This document shows, piece after piece, positions 27,901 to 36,581 of a DNA stretch of 36,658 nt. The stretch lies in assembly GCA_012797085.1 (NCBI GenBank), contig JAAZPT010000365.1, positions 1 to 36,658 of the forward strand. The letters are read 5' to 3'. The translations under genes and the position numbers were made by a program. The notes under the pieces are model-generated. The model was not told the DNA's origin. It searched no databases and was given only the letters and a program-made list of their open reading frames with translations. How positions within the stretch are numbered: position 1 is the first letter of the stretch; each line of letters opens with the position of its first letter. This stretch comes from Christensenellaceae bacterium (GTDB lineage: Bacteria; Bacillota; Clostridia; Christensenellales; Aristaeellaceae).

Positions 27901-28790
27901 AGCTTTGCTCCTTTATGTGATTTTATAGTGTAGTTTAAATCCTTATCAAAGTGAATTAATCCGCGCCTATGACTCCAACAACCAACGTTTACTGCTACAC
28001 CTATTGCTGAGGGATGCCTTGCCGTGTTAACAATGTTTACACCCAAAACAGATTTTTTACCACCAAAGCCTTGAGGCCCTAAGCCTATGTTATTAATAGC
28101 CTCCTCTAAAAGCACTTCCATTTTATGAGCATTTGCATTAGGATTAACTGCATTAACATCCTTCATTAAGGCTTTTTTAGAGTTTAATGCTGCAGTTTCT
28201 ACAGATGTGCCTATGCCTACACCTACAAGTAAGGGAGGGCATGCATTTAAGCCATAGCTTGTCATTGCATCAAGTATAAACTCCGCTGCGCCTTCATAGC
28301 CTTCCCCGGGCATTAATACTTTTGCCCTGCCCGGCAATGAGCAGCCGCCACCGGCCATATAAGTATAAATATCAACATCATCTTTGCCTTCAACAATTTC
28401 CCAAAATATTGACGGTGTTCCATTGCCAACATTTAAACCAGTGTTGTATTCGTCAAAGCTTTCAACGCTGTTATGCCTTAGGGGCATTTCTTTTGTGGCT
28501 TTAATTACTGCTTCTTTAAGTAATGCAGGCAATTTACCAATTAATGGAAAGTTTTCGCCGCAGCTGATAAAAAATTGTATAACACCTGTATCTTGACAGC
28601 TTGCTCGGTTTAATTCCACAGCTAATTTTTGGTTTTCAAACATGGTATCATAAACCATGCTTTGCAGTTCACCTTTTTCTTCTTTACGAAGTTCTTCCAA
28701 TTTTGCAGTAACATCGTCGGGCAAAACTTTGCCTACAAAACTAACGAAGTCCGCCATTACATCAATTAATTTTTGTGAATTGTCTTTCAT
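27897..28790 (-). CDS. Fe-S hydro-lyase alpha subunit (class I fumarate hydratase / L(+)-tartrate dehydratase family)
   Basis: The three cluster-ligand contexts are present: SCQDTG, GGGCSLPG, NACPPLLVGVGIG. 297 aa. Confidence 0.88.
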   Translation of the reverse strand: MKDNSQKLIDVMADFVSFVGKVLPDDVTAKLEELRKEEKGELQSMVYDTMFENQKLAVELNRASCQDTGVIQFFISCGENFPLIGKLPALLKEAVIKATKEMPLRHNSVESFDEYNTGLNVGNGTPSIFWEIVEGKDDVDIYTYMAGGGCSLPGRAKVLMPGEGYEGAAEFILDAMTSYGLNACPPLLVGVGIGTSVETAALNSKKALMKDVNAVNPNANAHKMEVLLEEAINNIGLGPQGFGGKKSVLGVNIVNTARHPSAIGVAVNVGCWSHRRGLIHFDKDLNYTIKSHKGAKL

Positions 28791-28809
28791 ATTGTTCTCC
28801 TTTACATCA

Positions 28810-30081
28810 TTATGGGTAGAATGGGAAGAATATTGGTAGTAGTATGCAAGATATTACTATTGCAATTATTATCATGGGCAAGCCGGCTTTAACATAGTCG
28901 TTAAATTTATAGTTTCCAATTTTGTAAACCATTGTGTTGGCAGGCATGCCTATAGGTGTTGCATAAGCTAAGGAACCACCTATAACTGTTGCCATTAGTA
29001 CAGCCCTTGGGTCTGCACCTAAGGTTTGGGATATGCTTAAGCTTATAGGTACTAATAATGCTGTTGTAGCAGTATTTGACATGAAGTTGGTCATAACACC
29101 GGATATCAACAGTATTGCAACTAACAAGGCAAAGGGCGAGGGGGTTGTACCTAATGCACCAATAATGGTATTTGCAATGGATTCACCGGCACCTGTAACT
29201 TGTAACGCTTTTGCCAAAGATAGTGAGCCAACAAAAAGTAAAATTGTGCTCATGTCTATGGATTTCATAGCATCTTTTTCTGATATGGTTTTTGTAACTA
29301 TAAGTACTAAAGCACCAACCCAGGCAGTAACATGCAATTTAATACCAATTTGTTTTTCAAATATCATGGCTAATATTGTAAGAACCAATACTACTAAGGA
29401 AAAAATACTTTTCCATCTGGGAACTGAATCATAATCTACAGTTTTATTATATATTGAGTCACTTATATCTGCATCTTTATTTTCCGGAAGAAGCCTATAG
29501 CCTATAAAAGCATAAAATAAAATTCCTGCAATTAATATAGGTAAACCTACTAAACCATACTCAAAAAATCCAAACCTTTGCCCTACGGTTTCTAAACCGC
29601 TTTGGGCGATCATATTACCCGGTGCACCTATTAAGCTTAGGTTTCCACCCATTGCCGCAGCAATTACCAAAGGAATAAAAAATTTACTGCGTGCAAAACC
29701 TGATTTTGCAGCTATACCTATAACAACAGGTATAAGAACTGCTGCTGTACCTGTGTTTGATAAAAAACCGGACATCAAACCTGTTATTGACATTATAGCA
29801 ACAATAAGTTGACGCTCCCTTTTAGCAAACTTGGTAACCATACCGCCAATTTGTTGTGCCATACCGGTTTCAAAAAAGGCGGCGCCGATAATAAACATTG
29901 CCATAAACAACAACACGTTACTGTCAACAAAACCTGCAAAAGCTTCCGCAGGTGTTAGCACACCGGTAACTGTTAAGCCAATAGCTACTATCATTGCTGT
30001 TACAGAAAGCGGAATTTTTTCTAAAACAAACATGATTATTGCAAAGGCCAAAAATAAAAGGGTGATTATTTGTGGATTCAT
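28810..30081 (-). CDS. SLC13/DASS-type anion (di/tricarboxylate) transporter
   Basis: Polytopic protein of 423 aa from the ATG at 30081, preceded by GGAGGT. The 46 extra N-terminal codons in the ORF track are AT-rich upstream DNA. Hydrophobic inverted-repeat layout with two SNTG/SNTA-type hairpin motifs (FLSNTGTAAVL, FMSNTATTALL). Confidence 0.8.
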   Translation of the reverse strand: MNPQIITLLFLAFAIIMFVLEKIPLSVTAMIVAIGLTVTGVLTPAEAFAGFVDSNVLLFMAMFIIGAAFFETGMAQQIGGMVTKFAKRERQLIVAIMSITGLMSGFLSNTGTAAVLIPVVIGIAAKSGFARSKFFIPLVIAAAMGGNLSLIGAPGNMIAQSGLETVGQRFGFFEYGLVGLPILIAGILFYAFIGYRLLPENKDADISDSIYNKTVDYDSVPRWKSIFSLVVLVLTILAMIFEKQIGIKLHVTAWVGALVLIVTKTISEKDAMKSIDMSTILLFVGSLSLAKALQVTGAGESIANTIIGALGTTPSPFALLVAILLISGVMTNFMSNTATTALLVPISLSISQTLGADPRAVLMATVIGGSLAYATPIGMPANTMVYKIGNYKFNDYVKAGLPMIIIAIVISCILLPIFFPFYP

Positions 30082-30317
30082 ATTTTTACCTCCAATATAA
30101 TATATTTTAATTATATTATATTTGTATAAAATATGATATTCTATCCATATTTTTAGCATTTTATTTTTTAAGTTTTGTGATATAAAGCAGTAAAAAATAC
30201 GCTTTATATAAATAATCACCTAAATATTTGACCAAAATATATAGCTTTTTAGCTTGTTTTTAATAAAAGAATTTTTTATTATATATACATAATCACCCTT
30301 TAGGTAAAATATTTATA

Positions 30318-31361
30318 TTATAAATTTTCTAAGTTTATTAATTCATTTTTTATATTATCTGCAAAAGCCTGTAATGCATTAAGTTTTTGTTTTATGTTGT
30401 TACAATAATATTGTGAATTAATGGAATCTTTATTTATATCTTTATTATACTCTAAAATTTTTTGTTTGATTAGCTTGGAATTGCTATCCAAATATGTCCT
30501 TTTAAAAACTCTGTCAATCTCTTTATGTTCGGCGCTTAAGCTATTTTTATAGCTTGAAGGGCTTTTTGAAAAATGACTTTTAAAATAATAGTTAAAGGAT
30601 TTTACATCGGCAAAACCATTTTTATAAGCCACATCCGCTATAGATAAGTTTGTTTCCCTTAGGTCTATGATAGCCTCCCTAAGCCTAATACGTGTAAGAT
30701 ATTCATAAAAGCTTACACCGGAATGTTTTTTAAAAAGTTGTGATACATAGTTGGTATTATAACCGCCAATACGACCAAGTTCTTCAAGGCTTATATTGTT
30801 CATATAGTTTTTATCTATATATTTGCTCATTTTTTTAATAGGGTTTTCGGTTTTCCCTCTAAAGGCTTTAAAATTGTTTTCTAAAACAAAAGTTTCCAAA
30901 TTAAAAAGTGGACTTATGGCACTTAGTAAATTTAAAACAACTTGTAAATCTTTATTTTTATCATCAACAGCAATTAATTCCATTAAATTAGCAGCACATT
31001 GACGTATAGCAATTGCTTCAGCAGAATACCTATTGTCATCAGATGGAACAAAATTTAGATAAATATTATTCTTTAATTTACATATTGCTTTGAATAAATC
31101 CAAATCAAAATGCACAACAAAAGCGACACATTCTTTGCTAATGGCAAAAGTTGTATGCCCTTCTCCCGGATTTATTATTATAATATCATCCTCATACATG
31201 GCATAGCTTTTACCACCGCTTGTAAGTTCTAAATTTCCCTTTAAAACTATTAACAGCTCCACCTGATTATGCCAATTATAATGATAAGAGCCTATGTTGT
31301 ATGCATAATACTCAATATTAAAAATATCTAATTTTGTTTTTGTACTATAATATAGTTCCAC
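30318..31361 (-). CDS. AraC/XylS-family transcriptional regulator (cupin sensor plus double HTH plus C-terminal helical extension)
   Basis: Cupin-like N-terminus (IIINPGEGHT) and an AraC HTH region (ISLEELGRIGGYNTNYVSQLFKK...IADVAYKNGFADVKSFNYYFKSHF). Apparent GTG start. About 70 further residues follow the HTH. Confidence 0.85.
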   Translation of the reverse strand: MELYYSTKTKLDIFNIEYYAYNIGSYHYNWHNQVELLIVLKGNLELTSGGKSYAMYEDDIIIINPGEGHTTFAISKECVAFVVHFDLDLFKAICKLKNNIYLNFVPSDDNRYSAEAIAIRQCAANLMELIAVDDKNKDLQVVLNLLSAISPLFNLETFVLENNFKAFRGKTENPIKKMSKYIDKNYMNNISLEELGRIGGYNTNYVSQLFKKHSGVSFYEYLTRIRLREAIIDLRETNLSIADVAYKNGFADVKSFNYYFKSHFSKSPSSYKNSLSAEHKEIDRVFKRTYLDSNSKLIKQKILEYNKDINKDSINSQYYCNNIKQKLNALQAFADNIKNELINLENL

Positions 31362-31431
31362 AACATCACCTGCCTTTATAACATTTTAGCATATTAAAAG
31401 CATATTTTTATATTATATTTTTTATTAAACT

Positions 31432-31458
31432 AAAAAAGAACCTTAATTAGGTTCTTTT
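31432..31458 (-). terminator. Rho-independent terminator ending the permease/adaptor operon
   Basis: The minus strand reads AAAAGAACCT aatta AGGTTCTTTT TTAGTTT. The hairpin overlaps the TAA at 31443-31445. Its symmetry means it could also terminate plus-strand transcription. Confidence 0.65.
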
Positions 31459-32489
31459 ACAGTAAATAATAATGTTGTGCCTACCCGCAATTCTCTAATT
31501 TTATCGGACATTAATTTTACTTCATATAGGCCCTTATCATCCGGTATAAAGGCTATGGAGTCTATAATGCATTCTACATTCTCAATTTTCAAGCTTTCTA
31601 TATTTGCTGTAAGTATATCCCCTACTTTTATGCGGCTTATTTCAAGCTCATTAAGGTTGGCGGAAACATACATTTCTTCGCTGGCAATATAGTTTGCAAT
31701 GCCTGAATTAACTTCGGCCGTATCGTTAACCTTTTTATCAAACTTTGTAATTACACCGTCTTGAGGCATTTTAACTATGGGATCCTGACCGTCATAGGAG
31801 CTTTTTGTATATATAAACAATGGATCTCCTGCTTTAACCTTATCGCCACGTTTGCACAGCATTTTAATCAGTGTGCCCTCCGCATTTACAGCAACGGGGT
31901 CCGTTCTTGCTATTGTGCCGCTGCCAAGGCGCATTTTTGCATCAAATGTGCTGCTGCGGAATATGAACACCCTGCTATCATAGCGCATATCCCCTTCAGT
32001 AATTTTTACGGTATAGCCATCCTTATCCCTTGCAACAATTATACCTTTGCCTGTTTGAGTTACGTCGCTGCGGTTTTGTATGTATACGGTTTCGCCTAAC
32101 TGGGCAACCCTATACTCATAGGGGCGACTGCTATGCAAATATGTACATTTTATTGTGCCGTTGTCTTTTGCATCTATGTATATGCTTGCCTTAAGCAACT
32201 CTTTAATTATGTCAAGGTTGTCCCCCGTTTTAGCTAAAATAACACCTATTGTTCCATCAACAGGAGAATAGCATATATCACCCTCTACTTCAAAAATTGG
32301 AGTATCTTTTTTTATAAGCTCATTCTCTTTTACAAATATGTTTTTTATTGAGCCTGAGAAGGGTACTTGAAGGGAAATTTCTTTACCTGCCCTTACTTTG
32401 CCCTCAAACATCCACTCATAATCCTCCATTAAAGCAACAGGCATAACGAGCATTAATGCAATTAAAAGTGCAAGTATTTTTTTAATCAT
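31443..32489 (-). CDS. Secreted/anchored HlyD-like adaptor protein with two lipoyl-type (barrel-sandwich) modules and no coiled-coil hairpin
   Basis: N-terminal hydrophobic anchor ILALLIALMLVMPVAL. GSIKNIFVKENELIKKDTPIFEVEG is followed almost directly by YSPVDGTIGVI. A second module reads KRGDKVKAGDPLFIYT ... MPQDGVITKF. Overlaps the upstream gene by 8 nt. Confidence 0.6.
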   Translation of the reverse strand: MIKKILALLIALMLVMPVALMEDYEWMFEGKVRAGKEISLQVPFSGSIKNIFVKENELIKKDTPIFEVEGDICYSPVDGTIGVILAKTGDNLDIIKELLKASIYIDAKDNGTIKCTYLHSSRPYEYRVAQLGETVYIQNRSDVTQTGKGIIVARDKDGYTVKITEGDMRYDSRVFIFRSSTFDAKMRLGSGTIARTDPVAVNAEGTLIKMLCKRGDKVKAGDPLFIYTKSSYDGQDPIVKMPQDGVITKFDKKVNDTAEVNSGIANYIASEEMYVSANLNELEISRIKVGDILTANIESLKIENVECIIDSIAFIPDDKGLYEVKLMSDKIRELRVGTTLLFTVKEPN

Positions 32490-33528
32490 AAGCTTTGTTC
32501 CCCTTTCGGTTAAAAATAATTGTGCTGAAACTAAATATCGATAGCGTGCTTAATATATTAATTATACGCTGAAAACTGTTTAACATTACAACTTGCGGTG
32601 TTCTTAATACAACAAGTTTTGAGGCTGTATTTACATTGTTGATATATGTTTTTTTAATCATATCAAAATCCACAAGAATTTCCGGTACCCATTCGGGAAA
32701 CTGCAACAGAGCCTCTACAATAAAATACATTAGAAAGCCGTATGAGGCGGCAATTACACCAAAGCCACATATAAAGGATAACACATGGCCTGTAATTTGC
32801 AAGGGTATTTGACTTGGATATTTTTCAACAAGCAATGCTTTTATCTTTTTAAAATTAAGACTTAGCCATTTTTTAAAAATTCTTAAAACATAGGTTGTTG
32901 TAATTAAGCCATATAAAAATATAACAAATTTTACAATAAGCGTTGCCCTTTGTTTTTCCTTAGGCAAGTTCCAAACATTTTGAGTAAATTTTGTATTAAA
33001 CTCTGTAACATCAAAAAAATTTGGGTTGCATGTATAAATAAGCAAATCCGCCTTTGTTTTTGCTTTAACCGCTGTTACAAAGGGTATATATACATTCTTT
33101 GTAAAATTTTCCTGAGCCGCAGAATCAATAATACCAACAACTTTATATTTTTCCTGATTAATTAAAATTTCTTTACCTAAGGCGGATTCACTGCCTGAAA
33201 CAACTAATGCAATTTGCTTATCAATAATTGCAACATTAGCCTCTTCTCCCCTATAAAAATAGCGACCCTCTATTAATTTTGCGTGGTAACTATCAAAATA
33301 ATCGTGGCTAACTGCATGCAGCTCGGCGCCGGTGCTGGCCTTAGCTAAGCTAACGGCAGCATTTTGTATTGTAAGCTCGCCGGTATACTTAACTTCAAGG
33401 TCAATTTCCTCCACATTGGGGTTTTGCTCAATATATTGATAAACCCCCGGTATATTGGCAACTTGAACCCAAAAATATGCAATTAAACCAAGGCAAAGCA
33501 CAAGTAATATTGCCCAAACTTTTTTCAT
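32482..33528 (-). CDS. Membrane protein with MacB/FtsX-like topology (TM1, extracytoplasmic domain, three TM segments), highly divergent
   Basis: TM1 is VWAILLVLCLGLIAYFWV. The extracytoplasmic segment resembles the MacB periplasmic core (VAIIDKQIALVVSGSESALGKEILINQEKYKVVGIID). Three later hydrophobic spans follow. It lacks the RTKEIGxxKAxGA motif present in the canonical permease at 2319..3485. Confidence 0.55.
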   Translation of the reverse strand: MKKVWAILLVLCLGLIAYFWVQVANIPGVYQYIEQNPNVEEIDLEVKYTGELTIQNAAVSLAKASTGAELHAVSHDYFDSYHAKLIEGRYFYRGEEANVAIIDKQIALVVSGSESALGKEILINQEKYKVVGIIDSAAQENFTKNVYIPFVTAVKAKTKADLLIYTCNPNFFDVTEFNTKFTQNVWNLPKEKQRATLIVKFVIFLYGLITTTYVLRIFKKWLSLNFKKIKALLVEKYPSQIPLQITGHVLSFICGFGVIAASYGFLMYFIVEALLQFPEWVPEILVDFDMIKKTYINNVNTASKLVVLRTPQVVMLNSFQRIINILSTLSIFSFSTIIFNRKGNKAYD

Positions 33529-34805
33529 TACTTATTCTCCATTATTCTGGCTTTTTCACTTATTGCCCTATCCTCACGGTCTATTACCTGGCTCATAATT
33601 TCCTCAGAAATTGCAACTTGATCATCATTTTTGCCAAGCACTGTAACATTTAATTTCTCGCAAACATAATAGCTGCTCATAATTCCGCCATCAGTCCATT
33701 TGGCTATGTAAACAAAGGTTTCATCACCATTTTGACGCAGGGCTGATGCAGGTATTAGTGTGCTTGCTTGTGTCGCACGTTTTGTAAGGGTAAGCTGAAT
33801 TTTTTCCAAATTCATCATAGCTTTAAGGCCGCTGTTAGCATCTATAAGTTCTTGAGTGAGTTCAAAATCTGCATAGCGTTGACCTTCTTTGTCTTTGCCT
33901 GTGCCCTTTAAACCTACGGAATAACTGCCCCAATCGCTTTTTACCTTGGCCTTTGAGCCATCACTGGGCAATTCATCAAGCTCTTGCACAAAAGCGCGCA
34001 AAACGGGTGGATTTTTCGCAGGGCTAAGCTTATAAAGTGCCTTTGAGCCGTTATAATCCTCGCCTGCTTTAATCTCTAAGGAGGTAATTATGCCATCTTC
34101 CTCTGCCTTAATTTCGCTAAGTTGTAAAACGGCATAGTCCAAATCGGTAATTTCTTTTTCCTTAATATCCATTTGTTTTAATAACTCATCACGCTTTTTA
34201 ACGTATTCAAAGCCTTCATCGTTTGTACTTGAGCCATACCTGTTTAATTGTTTATATAAACTGTTTGCCTTATCAAATTCCTTTTGTTGCGCCTCCCATG
34301 CCTTGGGATTTGCTTCCACCCCTTCTATTCTTGCACGGGTATTCTCGGCTGTTTTGGCCTTAATAAGGGCGTCATTAGTTTCCAAAAGTTTATTGTAAGC
34401 ATCATTTTTTTGTGTTGATGTGGGATATTTAGCATTTTTTGCATCCAAATCAAGCAATTCCGCCGTTATTTTAATAAGATCGTCGCTAAGGTCACTTTTT
34501 CTTTTTTCTGAATCATTTATATAGGCATCAAAAATAACATCGCCTTTTTCTACTTTATTGCCCACGCCAAAATATATGGCATTTATAACAATTGGATATT
34601 TTTGTGCAAGGTTAATAATTACCTCCCTCTCCTCAGGGTAAAAAACCTTGCCCTCTAATACGCTATTGGTAACCATTCTACCACGATCGGGATAAGTAAA
34701 CCTTGCCTTTGCCGTTGTTACTGTTTGAACCGTTCTACCAAAAAACAAACAAACACCTACAACTACTAATAAAATTATAAGGCCACGTACAGCAAATTTT
34801 TTCAT
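33528..34805 (-). CDS. HlyD-family membrane-fusion/adaptor protein with a long coiled-coil hairpin
   Basis: TM anchor GLIILLVVVGVCLFF. Lipoyl halves (VGNKVEKGDVIFDAY ... AEEDGIITSLEIKAGED) flank a helical segment of about 130 aa. C-terminal barrel-like region. GAGGTAT RBS overlaps the stop of the upstream permease gene, leaving a 13-nt gap. Confidence 0.75.
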   Translation of the reverse strand: MKKFAVRGLIILLVVVGVCLFFGRTVQTVTTAKARFTYPDRGRMVTNSVLEGKVFYPEEREVIINLAQKYPIVINAIYFGVGNKVEKGDVIFDAYINDSEKRKSDLSDDLIKITAELLDLDAKNAKYPTSTQKNDAYNKLLETNDALIKAKTAENTRARIEGVEANPKAWEAQQKEFDKANSLYKQLNRYGSSTNDEGFEYVKKRDELLKQMDIKEKEITDLDYAVLQLSEIKAEEDGIITSLEIKAGEDYNGSKALYKLSPAKNPPVLRAFVQELDELPSDGSKAKVKSDWGSYSVGLKGTGKDKEGQRYADFELTQELIDANSGLKAMMNLEKIQLTLTKRATQASTLIPASALRQNGDETFVYIAKWTDGGIMSSYYVCEKLNVTVLGKNDDQVAISEEIMSQVIDREDRAISEKARIMENK

Positions 34806-34818
34806 TATATAAAATACC

Positions 34819-35679
34819 TCATTTCATTTCGGACAACTGCAAGCCTTCTGTAATATCCTTTTGGAAAAAGAAAAATACAAACAGTGCCGGTAGAATGTAT
34901 AATACTGCGCCTGCAAAAGCTATTTCCGCATTTTTATCGCCTATTACGTTAAACATAACGGATAGAGGCATAAGGTCTTGCCTGTTGGATAAAAATGCAA
35001 GGGGTTGTTCCGCCATATTCCAAATATCCGCAAAGGATAGGGATACTGCCGCACCAATTATAGGTTTTGATACGGGCAATGCCACATAAAAGAATGTACC
35101 GAAGGCACCACGCCCATCCAAGGCTGCCGCCTCCAAAAGCTCTGTGGGAATATTCAACATATATTGTCTTAGCAAAAATATATAGAATGGCGAAAAACTT
35201 GCCGGCAATATTATTGCCCATATGCTGTTGAGCAAGCCCAACTTTTGCAATGTTAGTATATTAGGTGACATTGTTACCTGGAACGGTAAAACCATAAGCA
35301 CAATTATCATAAAAAACAATACGTTTTTGCCTTTAAACCTCAACTTTGCAAGGGCAAAGGATAATGCCGGAATTACTAAGGCTTGGCCTAATAAAATTAA
35401 ACTAACATATATTACTGAATTGGTAAACAGCTTTAGTATGGCCGGGTCACCTATAAAAATTTTATAATGTTGGTTTAGTGAAAACCTGCTTGGAGTAAAA
35501 TTGGATACTATCCATTTTGTATTATCAAAATTGTTGCGACTTTTTAATATGCCTGTAATTTCATCGGGATGAAAAAAGGAATATGAAAATGTTCTGACTA
35601 ATGGAAAAAGTGTTATTACAACAATTGAAGCTACAAATATGTAAACAAATATTTGGGATAATTTAAAACGCTTTTTCAT
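34819..35679 (-). CDS. Carbohydrate-type ABC importer permease (MalG-like, binding-protein-dependent family)
   Basis: Six hydrophobic spans and an EAA loop LLEAAALDGRGAFGTFFYVALPVSKP. 286 aa. An 11-nt gap separates it from the upstream permease gene. Confidence 0.85.
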   Translation of the reverse strand: MKKRFKLSQIFVYIFVASIVVITLFPLVRTFSYSFFHPDEITGILKSRNNFDNTKWIVSNFTPSRFSLNQHYKIFIGDPAILKLFTNSVIYVSLILLGQALVIPALSFALAKLRFKGKNVLFFMIIVLMVLPFQVTMSPNILTLQKLGLLNSIWAIILPASFSPFYIFLLRQYMLNIPTELLEAAALDGRGAFGTFFYVALPVSKPIIGAAVSLSFADIWNMAEQPLAFLSNRQDLMPLSVMFNVIGDKNAEIAFAGAVLYILPALFVFFFFQKDITEGLQLSEMK

Positions 35680-35690
35680 ATAATTACCCC

Positions 35691-36545
35691 CTAACCTAAG
35701 GCACTTGCATTGCGTTTTTGCATTAAATAAAGCAACGCAAACACCGCAATAACCACTGCCGCAAATATGTAAGCACCCGCCATAACATTGGAATAATTTA
35801 GCTTTTGGAACATGTTATTCATGTAGTTTTGGAAGGTGTAAATACTCTCATCCGGATAAGGGCCGCCTATATAATAGGCCTCCCTAAATATTTTAAAGCT
35901 GTTTATACAGGCAAACACCATTACTAAAAATGATGATGGCGCAATAAGGGGCAATGTGATTTTAGTTTCACGCTTTACAAAGGATATGCCCTCAAGGTCG
36001 GCATACTCATAAAGGGATTGGGGTATTGCCTGCATTGCCGCTGAAAAAACTATTGCACAAAAGCCTATGTTTTTCCAAAGATACAGCAAAATTACAGGAA
36101 CCCTGAGCATGCTGCCGCTTAGCCATAAAACCCTTTCAATGCCCAATATACCTAATATACGGTTTAGCATACCGCCCCAGTCAAACAACAATAAAAAATA
36201 TAGCAATATTGCACTTGACGGCATAATATAGGGCACAATAAGGGTACCCGTTACAAAGCTTATTTTTTGTTTTGTGCGCTGTAAAACCACCGCAATAAGA
36301 TAGGCTATAAGCCAACAAATAGGCGCACCTATTGCTGTTAACAACAAGGAGTTTTTTAAGCCGAGTACAAACATGGGATTTTGAATTATTTTAGTATAGT
36401 TTTCAAAACCTATAAAAACGCTTTTTGCGGTATCGCTCATAAGGCTTAAATAAAAACCCCATACAAAGGGTACTGCATAAAATGTAAGTAGGCCTATAAG
36501 GCCCGGTAATATAAAACCTAAAGTAGCGCGTTTACTATAACGCAA
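35691..36545 (-). CDS. Carbohydrate-type ABC importer permease (MalF-like)
   Basis: EAA-type loop YEYADLEGISFVKRETKITLPLIAP. The ORF is open from a TTG at 36590, but GGAGG lies 9 nt before the TTG at 36545, which gives MRYSKRATLGFILPG, a typical N-terminus. The start is therefore uncertain (36545 or 36590). Confidence 0.8.
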   Translation of the reverse strand: MRYSKRATLGFILPGLIGLLTFYAVPFVWGFYLSLMSDTAKSVFIGFENYTKIIQNPMFVLGLKNSLLLTAIGAPICWLIAYLIAVVLQRTKQKISFVTGTLIVPYIMPSSAILLYFLLLFDWGGMLNRILGILGIERVLWLSGSMLRVPVILLYLWKNIGFCAIVFSAAMQAIPQSLYEYADLEGISFVKRETKITLPLIAPSSFLVMVFACINSFKIFREAYYIGGPYPDESIYTFQNYMNNMFQKLNYSNVMAGAYIFAAVVIAVFALLYLMQKRNASALG

Positions 36546-36581
36546 TTTGAAAAACCTCCAATAACAGCAATTTTGCTGTAG

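Noticed and set aside
30082-30219. N-terminal 46-codon extension of the DASS transporter ORF (MIIYIKRIFYCFISQNLKNK...).
   Set aside because: The sequence is AT-rich promoter-like DNA. A GGAGGT RBS sits directly before the internal ATG at 30081, whose product starts with a normal first TM helix.
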